Below are positions 17,794 through 26,899 of a stretch of DNA of 36,194 nt, in pieces (position 1 is the first letter of the stretch; every line of letters begins with the position of its first letter). The translations under genes and the position numbers were made by a program. The stretch comes from a virus (taxonomy: Duplodnaviria > Caudoviricetes), in IMG/VR virus record IMGVR_UViG_3300011339_000777, positions 1 through 36,194 of that record, one strand, 5' to 3'. The notes beneath the pieces are model-generated. The model saw only the letters and a program-made list of their open reading frames with translations. It ran no database searches and was not told the origin of the DNA.

Positions 17794-19002
17794 TTAACCC
17801 CAGAGACGGCAAGCCATCTGCGGGCGGATGACGGCATAGCCATACAGCACGTCGATGCGGCACGGCAGGCGGTCGTTGTTGATGTCGTACTGGCGCACGA
17901 TACGCATCGAGATGCCGTTGTGAACCTGACGAGACGCCATATCGACGCCGCTCGGCATGAGCAGGTCAGCCGTGGCGAACGAGATCGCGTCCTTGTGATA
18001 GACCAGGTTCTGCGGGTAGGCAGTCGAAGCCGCGCCGAGGAACACCACAGCCTTACCAGTGATGGTGAGAGTGTTGACCGAGGCAAGAGCGTTCGACGGC
18101 GAGTAGAGTGCCGGCGACACAGCCAGGGTCACAGCGCCGCCCGAAGTCGAGACGTTCGCGGCAGTCACGGTGAACTGCTGGAGCGAACCCGTGCTTTCGC
18201 GGGTCTGCGGGTTGACGGAGAAGCAATCGGCTACGGTAAACACGTCGCCCGCCGTAAAGGTCAGCGCGTTGCCGGCCGAAGCGAGGGTGATCGTGGTAGC
18301 GCCTTCCGAGGCGTTGCCGTTGACCGTAGCGCCCGTGGCAGCGCGGGTGCCCGTGGTGTGCAGCTTGATCGACTGCGACATGTTGATCTCCTCGTAGCCG
18401 AGGACACCCTCTCCCATCATGCCGTTCTTGAACTGGCGGGAGATCGTGTCAACGGGGTTGAAGAGGCCCTTCATGCCTTCGACCAGACCAGCGTTGGCGG
18501 CCGGGTTAACGGTCGCGTAGCGGTTTGGCATCATGGCAGCGTACTCGTTCAGCTTCTGCTGGGCCTGAAGCAGGACAAGCGAAGTGGCCGGGGTCGTGCC
18601 GGGGGTGCCGACGGCCGAGAAGACGCCCTTGTAGGAGTTAGCGACGTCTGCGTCGATGGACGAAGCAAGCTGCGAAATACGCGGCTTCAGCACGCGCTCG
18701 GCGAAATCGTCGAGCTGCATGGTGAGTTCGGCCGACGTAAAGTTCACGCCGATGTGCTTCTGGTTGTTGACGGCGAGCGTGGTGAACTGCTCGTTGTCGT
18801 CCTGCACCTGAAGTGCTGCACCGTCCGTGACCAGAGCGCGGTCGGGCAGACGGATGCGGAGGGTCGAACCGATCTTGGCGCCTTCGACAGCGAAGCTGTC
18901 GTCGTACTGACGGTTCACGTTGCGGGTGATCACCAGGTTGTTCTCAAGGATTTCGAGAGCCTTGCGGGTGATCATGTCGATGGTAAGAAGGCTATTGGCC
19001 AT
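17794..19002 (-). CDS. Major capsid protein, P22 coat family
   Basis: MANSLLTIDMIT, KIGSTLRIRLP, RIDVLYGY. Confidence 0.93.
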   Translation of the reverse strand: MANSLLTIDMITRKALEILENNLVITRNVNRQYDDSFAVEGAKIGSTLRIRLPDRALVTDGAALQVQDDNEQFTTLAVNNQKHIGVNFTSAELTMQLDDFAERVLKPRISQLASSIDADVANSYKGVFSAVGTPGTTPATSLVLLQAQQKLNEYAAMMPNRYATVNPAANAGLVEGMKGLFNPVDTISRQFKNGMMGEGVLGYEEINMSQSIKLHTTGTRAATGATVNGNASEGATTITLASAGNALTFTAGDVFTVADCFSVNPQTRESTGSLQQFTVTAANVSTSGGAVTLAVSPALYSPSNALASVNTLTITGKAVVFLGAASTAYPQNLVYHKDAISFATADLLMPSGVDMASRQVHNGISMRIVRQYDINNDRLPCRIDVLYGYAVIRPQMACRLWG

Positions 19003-19021
19003 GATGTCTATGTCCTATGGA

Positions 19022-19792
19022 CTAGCGTCTACGTTGAGCCTCGTACTTCTTGATCTGGCGCAGCCGTTCCGCTTCGATCCATTCCGACGTTGACATGTTC
19101 TTCACAGAACGTGGGTCGGTGGTATCGTATGCAGGCGTACCTGTTGAGGTACGGGCCGTGACCGGAGCAATCGGTGCCGGGGCGGTGGAAGTTTTCTTGG
19201 CCGGTGGATTGGCGCCGAGTTTGGCTTCAATCTTTCCGATTTCCCGTGCCTGCAAGAGCGGTGAGAGACGCGCAATCCGTTCGGCTTCCTTGGGGTTTGA
19301 TCCGAGGTAATAGATTACATCGGGACCGTTATCGGTTGCCTGAATGGTCTGCGCCATCGTTTCCGTGACGGGGAGTTTCGGGTTGTACGCGACCTGTTCA
19401 AAGTCGTCGTACTTGTTCCGGGCTTCCTCTTCACGGTCGTGATAGGCGTCGAGCGTTGCTGCGCGTTCGGCCTCTGCGTCGCGCCTAGCCAAGAGTTCCT
19501 GGGCTTTGCGTTCGGCAAGGGCGTCGGCGTAGGTCTGCGCATCTGCGAAGTCGTCAGCTTTCAGCGGTTCCGTCGGAACGGGCTGGGACTTGGCTTTCTG
19601 CGCTTGCTCGCGCTCCCATTTCCGTTGTTCTCTTGCGAGACGTTTGCCGACGATTGCGTCCAATTCTTCCTGAGAGAAGGTCTTGGATGCTTCCGTGGGC
19701 GTCGGTTCCGGCGGTGTATCTGATGCGGCAACAGGTTCAGCCGTGGGAACCTGTTCCGGCGCGGGCGCACCCGCTAGTTCGTTCTCGTTCAT
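19022..19792 (-). CDS. Scaffolding protein
   Basis: Upstream of coat; FSQEELDAIVGKRLARE, GPDVIYYLGSNP, MSTSEWI C-terminal helix. Confidence 0.88.
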   Translation of the reverse strand: MNENELAGAPAPEQVPTAEPVAASDTPPEPTPTEASKTFSQEELDAIVGKRLAREQRKWEREQAQKAKSQPVPTEPLKADDFADAQTYADALAERKAQELLARRDAEAERAATLDAYHDREEEARNKYDDFEQVAYNPKLPVTETMAQTIQATDNGPDVIYYLGSNPKEAERIARLSPLLQAREIGKIEAKLGANPPAKKTSTAPAPIAPVTARTSTGTPAYDTTDPRSVKNMSTSEWIEAERLRQIKKYEAQRRR

Positions 19793-19840
19793 CTACGTAC
19801 CTTTCGGTTCCTGGTCAATCGGACCAGTACGGTAAAAAGA

Positions 19841-19869
19841 ACTCTACAACAAATTATGTGTGATTACAA
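19841..19869 (-). promoter_or_regulatory. Promoter for the scaffold-coat operon
   Basis: TTGTAA-N17-TAGAGT in an AT-rich intergenic gap. Confidence 0.6.
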
Positions 19870-19936
19870 CTCTGTGTATCTATGGTGTTTTACCCTCGTC
19901 ACAATCTTTTTCTTACGCCGAAGAAAAGGGTTGCCA

Positions 19937-20104
19937 TTATTCAGTCTGCTTCTGCTCAAGGTTTGCTTCAGCGACTGCGGCTTCCAGCTTGGTGAGAAGC
20001 GATGCGGCCAGCTTCACGGACTGAAGTCCGGTGGCCTTTACGCCAGCATCAAGCAGCCCTGCGAGAGCCTGTAGTTCGTTCTGGTCAAGGGTGAGGGTGA
20101 TCAT
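19937..20104 (-). CDS. Small helical protein, possible fibre assembly chaperone
   Basis: MITLTLDQNELQALAGLLDAGVKA...; follows the fibre gene. Confidence 0.65.
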   Translation of the reverse strand: MITLTLDQNELQALAGLLDAGVKATGLQSVKLAASLLTKLEAAVAEANLEQKQTE

Positions 20105-20145
20105 GGGTTCTCTGTTGGTGACGGGAAGGGTGGCGATGTGCTGCA

Positions 20146-20853
20146 TCACGGTTCAATCGCGATCTGCTGGGCGACGCCGGTGGGGAATATTGCCATGAGA
20201 CGGATTTTGCCGCCGCTTGTGTCTGCGTAAAGCCTGACGATTGATGCTGCTGGTGCGGCGGGCGGTGAAGCGCCATAGGTGTAGAACGACATTGCGGCAG
20301 CAGTTGTTGTGTTAGCCCCCCGCAGACCTATTACACCAGCGGCGTCACGAGCAAGGGTAAGGTCAGAACCAATCTTAAAGAGTGCAGCAGCGTTAAGAAC
20401 AACTTGATATATGCCCCCACTGCCATATACCAGCATATTGCTATTAAGATTTACCGGGTAGCCGCTATCAGATGGGTTAATATTTAGGTCAGCAGCGTAG
20501 CCCCTAATGCTTCCTGTTTTGGTAATACTAAGCCTGCTACTTCCGCCAACTTGCAAATCAAGCAACAGCGAGGCGGAGGCAGAGTTTGCGTCAGACGTTC
20601 CTGTGGCGTTAAAAAGAACGCCGGTAAAAGCCACCGCCGAAGCATTCCAGGTTTGAGAAAGGCTTAGTACTGGTGAAGAAGTCGTAACCGTAGCACCAGA
20701 ACCCGCAAAGCTGGACGCAGCAACTGCGCGGCCTGCGGTAAGATCGCTGATGCTAACTTTCTTGGTTGTGCTGCTTTGCACAATGGGAAGAACTTCCGTT
20801 CCCGCTACCGGAGTGGTGGCGGAAGGAAGAGCGGAAATTTTAAGGTCTGCCAT
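20146..20853 (-). CDS. Fibre protein with ISxLP N-terminal domain
   Basis: MADLKISALPSATT...PIVQ...TKK; Ser/Ala/Thr-rich; AGGA RBS. Confidence 0.72.
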   Translation of the reverse strand: MADLKISALPSATTPVAGTEVLPIVQSSTTKKVSISDLTAGRAVAASSFAGSGATVTTSSPVLSLSQTWNASAVAFTGVLFNATGTSDANSASASLLLDLQVGGSSRLSITKTGSIRGYAADLNINPSDSGYPVNLNSNMLVYGSGGIYQVVLNAAALFKIGSDLTLARDAAGVIGLRGANTTTAAAMSFYTYGASPPAAPAASIVRLYADTSGGKIRLMAIFPTGVAQQIAIEP

Positions 20854-20883
20854 AGTAGTTCCTATCTAAAGAGAGACCAACGT

Positions 20884-23349
20884 CTAAGCGTTTGGAGCCG
20901 GAGTGCGAATAAACATCGTTAGCCTTTGCCGCGTAATAGACCGCGTTGCATTGCCCGCCAGCGTAATTGTTCCTGCGGTCTGATCGCGGGCGGTTACTTG
21001 CGTGTCTGCGCGCGGGACAAAGTTGTTCGATTGGGTATCGACATACAGCCAATCGTTCACGCTTATTTCAGCGTCATACCACAAGGCATAGGGTTCGTCC
21101 GTAGCACAATTGGTCAAGATTGCGCTGCCGGAGGTTACATTTCCGCGAAGATACAGAGTAGGAGAATAAAACCGCGTGCATAGCGAATAGTAATTGCCTG
21201 AAGTAAGGTTTATGGGCGTGATAAACACATAGCTACCAAGGCCATCAGATTTTATATTTGTTTGCGCGTCTGCAAGGATGATCTGGCCTGTGCGAGAACG
21301 AACAAAAAACACCGTTTGCGTAACTTCGTCGACAAGTATATCGCCCACATCCGGCCCGGCGTATGCAAAAGTAGACGCTGTACGCGCCGTAAACTCGATC
21401 TGAAGCGTGCGCCCCGTTATGCTGCTGCTAACAATTCCGCTGGTTTTAGGGACTGCGGTTTGGCGAAACGGCACATAGTACGGATTGTTTAGGTCGCCGT
21501 TGTTTGTCGCCAATCGGACAAACAATGGGATGCAGGTAACGCGCGATGAGGAACTGAAGTATTCTTCAGAAAACGTGTTGGCCGGCGGCGGCGAAAAAGC
21601 GCCCGTGTTCAGATTAAACTGCGTGTACTTAATGCGCTGTTGAGCGCCACCGGAAACAGGCTGTAGATAGACGCCTCCAGCCAAGGCATTGTGCGCATAC
21701 GCCTGGTACGCAGGAATAGGCGCGTCGCGGCGTTCGGTAGAGAATACCTGTGTATCCTCCAAAACAGCCCCGATACCAAGGTTAACGACAGAGGGGAAGC
21801 CGGCGATAAAACACCCAATAAATTTGATGGCTGCCGCTTGCTGACCGCCTTCAATAAGATACGCTGGCCGCCCGCGCGTTCCGTTGTCATTCTGACTTCC
21901 CAAATCAAACTGACAAGACTGAAAAATCAACGCTTTATTGGATGCCGCTGTGCCGGTGACGGTGCCAATTCGCCACTGCGCTTCGCAGTACAAATGCAGA
22001 ATTGTAAGCGGGGTTGCGAAAGCCAAGTTTATGTCGAGGAGGTTGATACCTTGGCCCATAGACAAGTTGCTGACGGTTCCGTTTAGCTTTCCCTGCCGCC
22101 GCCCATGTGTTTGCGTGGTAATGGCGCAAAAAAACTTGCCCATTTTAACATTGTCAATGCCAAAATTACGGCTTTGCGTATTGCAGACACTGATAGCGTA
22201 TTGCACGCAGTCCATGTTAACGCGACGGACAACGGTAAAGTCGCCGTTACCGTCTGCGTCACAAGGTTGGTTGGCGATGCCGACAACAAAACCTGTTATG
22301 CCAACATTGTCGATCAATACGTCGGTCGAAAAAGTTTTGTTATACTGCGCCGTGCCGCTCAAAAAAGAAGGGTATGTAACCGGAGGATACGATACGGCAG
22401 GGGCATTGCCTGAATACGCATCAACCGTAATTGCGGTGTATGGTGCGTAACGCGAACTTGCGCTTGCCGGAAATGCCGGGTCAACCCAATTTGCGGCGAC
22501 TGTATCATCAATACTGTTTGACGCTCCGTCCAGGCCGCCTAAATTGTTGTCGTTTACATAGGCAAACATTTTACCTAGTATCCACAGATTGCTAATGCTG
22601 GAACTACGGGCGCCTTGAAAATTGAAAGCCGGGCGGTCGTTGAAATCTGCGATGATACCCGTACCGTTAAATGATCCCTCACAGCGGTAGCGCATTCCTT
22701 CGCCTTCGACAAATACGCTAGTGAAAGACGTGCCATATCCAAGGTGAATGGTATCGGTAATCCTGTATAGGCCCGCCGGTATTACTACTTTACGCTTAGG
22801 AGCATTAGCTTGAGCGGTTGAGTTATTGTAGATTGCCGCGTTAATAGCCGCTTGAATAGCCGCAGTGTCGTCCGCAACACCGTCTCCAACAGCGCCAAAA
22901 TCTTTAGCACTAAACACTTCTTGAAGTTTGTTATTGACCGTGCGCCCTACAGCGGACGTAAGAAAACCTGACGCATCGGACTGACGAAATCCAATAAGCG
23001 CGTCGCCTTTGGTGTTGTCCGTTGTGCTTGCTAAATCTAAGGCCAAATCGCTGGAAACAATAGACCCGCCAATGTTATCCCAAGTTCGTATAAGCGTATT
23101 GGTAGACGTCGCTACAACGTATTTATACAGCAAGCCTTCAGTGGCCCAAATCTGTTCAGGAGTGCGACCCGCAGCGTCAAGAATTACCGGGTTAGTGTTC
23201 GGAACCAGACCAGTAAAAGACGTATACGTTGTCAGAGGAGTAGTCGTACCGGCAGCATACGTATATAATTTTCCGCCCGATAACGGATTTCCACTATCAT
23301 CAAAAAACTGCCAGCCTGCGCCGCCGATAAATGCCAGGTTAACCGTCAT
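20884..23349 (-). CDS. Tailspike / polysaccharide depolymerase (pectate lyase 3-like beta-helix)
   Basis: Anchor FFDDSGNPLSGGKLYTY...NPVILD; SAKDFGAVGDGVADDTAAIQAAI; IPAGLYRI; lower GC than core genes. Confidence 0.88.
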   Translation of the reverse strand: MTVNLAFIGGAGWQFFDDSGNPLSGGKLYTYAAGTTTPLTTYTSFTGLVPNTNPVILDAAGRTPEQIWATEGLLYKYVVATSTNTLIRTWDNIGGSIVSSDLALDLASTTDNTKGDALIGFRQSDASGFLTSAVGRTVNNKLQEVFSAKDFGAVGDGVADDTAAIQAAINAAIYNNSTAQANAPKRKVVIPAGLYRITDTIHLGYGTSFTSVFVEGEGMRYRCEGSFNGTGIIADFNDRPAFNFQGARSSSISNLWILGKMFAYVNDNNLGGLDGASNSIDDTVAANWVDPAFPASASSRYAPYTAITVDAYSGNAPAVSYPPVTYPSFLSGTAQYNKTFSTDVLIDNVGITGFVVGIANQPCDADGNGDFTVVRRVNMDCVQYAISVCNTQSRNFGIDNVKMGKFFCAITTQTHGRRQGKLNGTVSNLSMGQGINLLDINLAFATPLTILHLYCEAQWRIGTVTGTAASNKALIFQSCQFDLGSQNDNGTRGRPAYLIEGGQQAAAIKFIGCFIAGFPSVVNLGIGAVLEDTQVFSTERRDAPIPAYQAYAHNALAGGVYLQPVSGGAQQRIKYTQFNLNTGAFSPPPANTFSEEYFSSSSRVTCIPLFVRLATNNGDLNNPYYVPFRQTAVPKTSGIVSSSITGRTLQIEFTARTASTFAYAGPDVGDILVDEVTQTVFFVRSRTGQIILADAQTNIKSDGLGSYVFITPINLTSGNYYSLCTRFYSPTLYLRGNVTSGSAILTNCATDEPYALWYDAEISVNDWLYVDTQSNNFVPRADTQVTARDQTAGTITLAGNATRSITRQRLTMFIRTPAPNA

Positions 23350-23352
23350 ATT

Positions 23353-23514
23353 CTACTCCAGCAGGATCAAACCGCCGTCTTCTTGGACGAGGTTTTCAAG
23401 GTTTTCAGTTTCTAGGTTGCCCTGCGCCTGATCAGGGCCGTAGCCCGAAAAGAACGAAATGATGCTACCAAGACCGATAGCCACGCCGTTTCGCAATGCG
23501 CCAGCAAAACCCAT
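23353..23514 (-). CDS. 53-aa putative fibre adaptor, absent from the ORF track
   Basis: MGFAGALRNGVAIGLGSIISFFSGYGPDQAQGNLETENLENLVQEDGGLILLE; fills the gap between neighbouring genes. Confidence 0.7.
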   Translation of the reverse strand: MGFAGALRNGVAIGLGSIISFFSGYGPDQAQGNLETENLENLVQEDGGLILLE

Positions 23515-23518
23515 CGTT

Positions 23519-23824
23519 TTAAGCCTTGTTGATCGGCTTGCAGTAGACCGTCCCGCCGGTAGACACCTGAATGGCGCTCACGCGCCACGGTGCGCCTGAG
23601 CTGTTGATCGGCACCGCAAACGGGATGGGCGTGTAGGGCGGGATCGGCGTGCTGGCAGTCGTCGCCGTTGCGCCAACACCAACCTCGACGTAGCAAGCCT
23701 GATCCGACCACACGACCACGCCCTGCGGGCCAGGAGCCCAAGCAGTCGTACTACCGGCTGTGCCCGTGTAAGCAACGGAATAAGCCGGATAATCGGCCTT
23801 CGACATAGGGTTCAAAAGTTCCAT
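23519..23824 (-). CDS. Small beta-sandwich virion protein (possible head-vertex spike base)
   Basis: 101 aa, beta-rich; directly before the 53-aa adaptor. Confidence 0.65.
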   Translation of the reverse strand: MELLNPMSKADYPAYSVAYTGTAGSTTAWAPGPQGVVVWSDQACYVEVGVGATATTASTPIPPYTPIPFAVPINSSGAPWRVSAIQVSTGGTVYCKPINKA

Positions 23825-23835
23825 CGGGCTTATCC

Positions 23836-24198
23836 TTACGCGAGGAATTTCAACTTATAGATCGTTGTATAGTACAAACCGACGATTTCGTCGATGACGT
23901 TCTGCAACGGGGTGCAGTCCTTATCGACGACGTCATAACGGACTTTCTCGATCTGTTCTGCCTGTTTCTCAAGAAACGTCAGCACATTGCTGGACTTGTC
24001 CGCCGACATCAGCGCAATCGGCCCGATAAGGCCGTACTTGCCCTGATACATCTCGGCAAACGTGTCCGCCAGGTCGATGATTGCCGGGTAGAACTTACCC
24101 AGCGCCTTGTGCTTGGCAAAAGACCGCGTGTTGAGGTGCGCCGAGTGCGTCACGTCGCGGGCCAGAAACAGCATGCCTATGAACTTATCGCAACTCAT
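23836..24198 (-). CDS. Ferritin/Dps-like four-helix protein (DUF5856-like)
   Basis: HSAHL...FAKHKALGKFY...DTFAE...NVIDEI...YKL; ATGA overlap with portal stop. Confidence 0.75.
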   Translation of the reverse strand: MSCDKFIGMLFLARDVTHSAHLNTRSFAKHKALGKFYPAIIDLADTFAEMYQGKYGLIGPIALMSADKSSNVLTFLEKQAEQIEKVRYDVVDKDCTPLQNVIDEIVGLYYTTIYKLKFLA

Positions 24199-26366
24199 TC
24201 CATTGGTCCCATCTGTTCTGCGCCCATCGGCATAGGTTCTTCCTGCATGCCCATTGCACCGCGCTCTTCTTCCATCTGCGGCATCATTGGGCGGCTGCCT
24301 GAGATGTCGCCCGTCTCGACCGCTGCCGCGATGGTGCCCATCACGATGTCCTGTATCTGCTCGGTAGACATGCCGGCAGACGTGGCGGCGATACGCTTGG
24401 TTTCGGCCTCGTACGCCTTGATGCGCAGTTCCTGCGCGTCCATCGACGACTGCACGTTGTTGAGCAAGCCCATCGCCTCTTCAAGCTGCTGCGATACCGC
24501 CTCGACCTGCTGTTCGGCCGCCTGCAATTCAGGCGACTTGTCGTCTTCCGCCAGAACCTTGGGGTCGATGATCTTCTTGAAGCGGGCCGCCATCTCCTGC
24601 GCGCCCGGCCAATCCATGTTCTTGATGAACAGGTCGCCTGCGACCTCCCACAACTGCGGGCTGGTCTGGAGGATGTTTGCCATCGCCTCGACCGCTTCTT
24701 GCCTCTTGGTGAGGTAGCTGGGGCCGGTGGTGATGACGACGTCGTAGACGCCGACGGACGGGTTGTAAATCTTTTCGATGACGTTGCCAGCTTGGTCGAC
24801 GATCTTCTTGACCGGCTCGGGCTGCTGCGGGTTGATCTTGGCCATGCCCACCTCGCCGTCCACACCAATGATGCGGGCGATGCGCTGGGTGTCGTAGATG
24901 TGCGGGATCATGTCCACCAACTGCCGCGCGACGTGGCGGATGGCGCGGCCGAGGTTGTCCACGAAGTGGTACGTGCCGGTGTCGCCCTCCTGCTGGCGCG
25001 CGAGAATGGCGCGGCCAGACCGCTCGTTGCCCTGCTGGCCGAGGCTGGCGTTGTACTGGCCTGTGGTGGCCTTGATGTCCTCAGCAGCGCCCATCTTGGC
25101 CTGAATGAGGCCCGTCTGGGCCATCGGGGGCGTCGCGCGCTGAGGCAGGGGCAGCACGTTGCCAGCCCCGTCCTGAACGTCCGGGTTGACTTCAAGGTAC
25201 GGCCAATTGGTCGTATTGGCCGTCTTCCACTGCATCTCGTAGCCTTCGAACTGGCCGCCGTAGCCAATGAAGGGTGCCTTGGGCGCCAAAGCCAGCATCT
25301 CGGCCTCCTGGCTAACCCAGTAGTTGTACATGCGCTGTGCGTCCTTGGCGTTGCGCACAAGGCCCGACACGTACATCCGGCCATCGACCTCGAACTCGTT
25401 GCCGACGACGCGCACAACGGGTATCCACTTGCCCGCCCACTCGCGCTCTTGCAGCACCTCGTAGCCGTTGGTTTTCATCCACATGACCTTGCGGCGGTCA
25501 GCCTTGCGGGACCGAAGCGGCTGGCCGAAAATGGCCCTGAGCTTCATGTCCGGCATCGTGCCTTCGAAGGCCGTGGCGTTGCCGGGGTACAAGTTTAACG
25601 TTGCGGGTACGTATTCTACGTAGAAGTATTCCGCGATGCGGATGGTGTTTTCACTGAGCCACTGGCTCAGCGACTGATCGCCAATGCCGCGCGCCAGGAT
25701 CGAACTGATCGGCTGGGCGTCGGGGAACATGCGCTCGTATTCGGGCTTCAGCAGGTCTTCGGTGATGAAGCACCACTTAGCGTCGGAGCCGCACGGGTCC
25801 TGGATCGTCGGGTCCATGTAGACGCTGAAGGAGTTGCGCACGCGGCCAATCTTCAGGTCTTGGTCGAAGCTGTCGTCGCGGGTGTACTCCGTAAGAATGC
25901 GGATGTAGCCCTCGCCGTAGATCACCTGGTTGTCGCAGGCGGTGTCGTAGGCCACGTCGGCGTCGGACATGTACTCGATGTGGCGGATGATGCCGTCGAA
26001 TATCTCGGCCACCGCCACGTCGGCGTTGTCGTCAGCCGGGATGACCTTGGGCGACGGGCGGTTCTGGCGCTGCTCGTTCGTCACCTGACGGACGTGCTGC
26101 GGCAGCTTGTTGATGGTCAAGCACGGGCGCGCGTTGATGGTCTGGCCCTGCACCGAGCCGCGCGTGGACAGCACGTCGGCCGGCCACTGCCACTGGTTGT
26201 CGGGTGAGCCTGCCATGAAGCGCAGGTCGTCGAGTTCGTCCTCGCGGCTCTCGCTGTAAGCCCCCAACGCCATCGTGAAGCGCGAACGCATGGTAGCGAG
26301 CAGGTCGGACTTGTCCGACCCGCCGTTGGCGACCTGCGCCGCGCCGATGATGCCGTCGTCAGCCAA
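24195..26366 (-). CDS. Portal protein, P22-like
   Basis: QWQWP, RPCLTINKL, GLVRNAKDAQRMYNY, SGRAILARQ, YDVVITTGPSY. Confidence 0.93.
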   Translation of the reverse strand: MADDGIIGAAQVANGGSDKSDLLATMRSRFTMALGAYSESREDELDDLRFMAGSPDNQWQWPADVLSTRGSVQGQTINARPCLTINKLPQHVRQVTNEQRQNRPSPKVIPADDNADVAVAEIFDGIIRHIEYMSDADVAYDTACDNQVIYGEGYIRILTEYTRDDSFDQDLKIGRVRNSFSVYMDPTIQDPCGSDAKWCFITEDLLKPEYERMFPDAQPISSILARGIGDQSLSQWLSENTIRIAEYFYVEYVPATLNLYPGNATAFEGTMPDMKLRAIFGQPLRSRKADRRKVMWMKTNGYEVLQEREWAGKWIPVVRVVGNEFEVDGRMYVSGLVRNAKDAQRMYNYWVSQEAEMLALAPKAPFIGYGGQFEGYEMQWKTANTTNWPYLEVNPDVQDGAGNVLPLPQRATPPMAQTGLIQAKMGAAEDIKATTGQYNASLGQQGNERSGRAILARQQEGDTGTYHFVDNLGRAIRHVARQLVDMIPHIYDTQRIARIIGVDGEVGMAKINPQQPEPVKKIVDQAGNVIEKIYNPSVGVYDVVITTGPSYLTKRQEAVEAMANILQTSPQLWEVAGDLFIKNMDWPGAQEMAARFKKIIDPKVLAEDDKSPELQAAEQQVEAVSQQLEEAMGLLNNVQSSMDAQELRIKAYEAETKRIAATSAGMSTEQIQDIVMGTIAAAVETGDISGSRPMMPQMEEERGAMGMQEEPMPMGAEQMGPME

Positions 26367-26368
26367 TA

Positions 26369-26887
26369 TCAGCCCCTTACCGGGTTGTTCTGCTTAGTGC
26401 CGCCCGTGCGGCTGGTGCCAGCCGTGCGGCTTCCACTGCCCTGCCCGCTGAGGCTGCCGCCGCCGCGTGTGCCGCCACCGCCGTAACCGGCGCCGCCGCT
26501 AACCCGCGTGCCGGTCGTCTTGCCCGTAACGGTGCCAAAGCGCGTAGCGGGCGGCTTTTTGCTGACCGACGAATTTTTGACCGGAGACATTTTTGCGTTG
26601 GTCACGTTGCTGACGACCTGCGGTGCTGGCTTGGCGACAGCCTTCTTAGTCTTAGCCGCAGGCATCTTGACCACAGGCGTCGCGAACGGCGTCGGGTCAA
26701 ATATCTGTTTGATCCGGCTGGGAACGTAAGAACGCGGGATGTTTTTAGTCGGAGCACCGCCATAAAACTGATCGCGCGTGGCGGCGGTTGTGTCCCTACC
26801 CGTCTCAGCACGAGATTTTCCCATGTGGTCTTTAAGATTGTAGCCCTGAAAACCAAGCCCGCCGGTTACGTTAAAATTTTTAGCCAT
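26369..26887 (-). CDS. Basic, Gly/Thr/Lys-rich low-complexity protein
   Basis: GAGGA RBS; very few acidic residues; Gly-rich C-terminus. Confidence 0.7.
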   Translation of the reverse strand: MAKNFNVTGGLGFQGYNLKDHMGKSRAETGRDTTAATRDQFYGGAPTKNIPRSYVPSRIKQIFDPTPFATPVVKMPAAKTKKAVAKPAPQVVSNVTNAKMSPVKNSSVSKKPPATRFGTVTGKTTGTRVSGGAGYGGGGTRGGGSLSGQGSGSRTAGTSRTGGTKQNNPVRG

Positions 26888-26899
26888 TGTCGTAATCCT

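Noticed and set aside
19793-19835. Hammerhead ribozyme (GAAA in a multi-stem junction)
   Set aside because: No CUGANGA core
20884-23349. Diversity-generating retroelement or invertible tail cassette
   Set aside because: No reverse transcriptase, recombinase, template/variable repeat pair or flanking inverted sites seen
23347-23355. Stop read-through fusing the 53-aa adaptor to the tailspike (TAG-AAT-ATG in frame)
   Set aside because: In-frame spacing occurs often by chance, GGAG before the ATG is a usable RBS, and there is no suppressor tRNA or other sign of recoding
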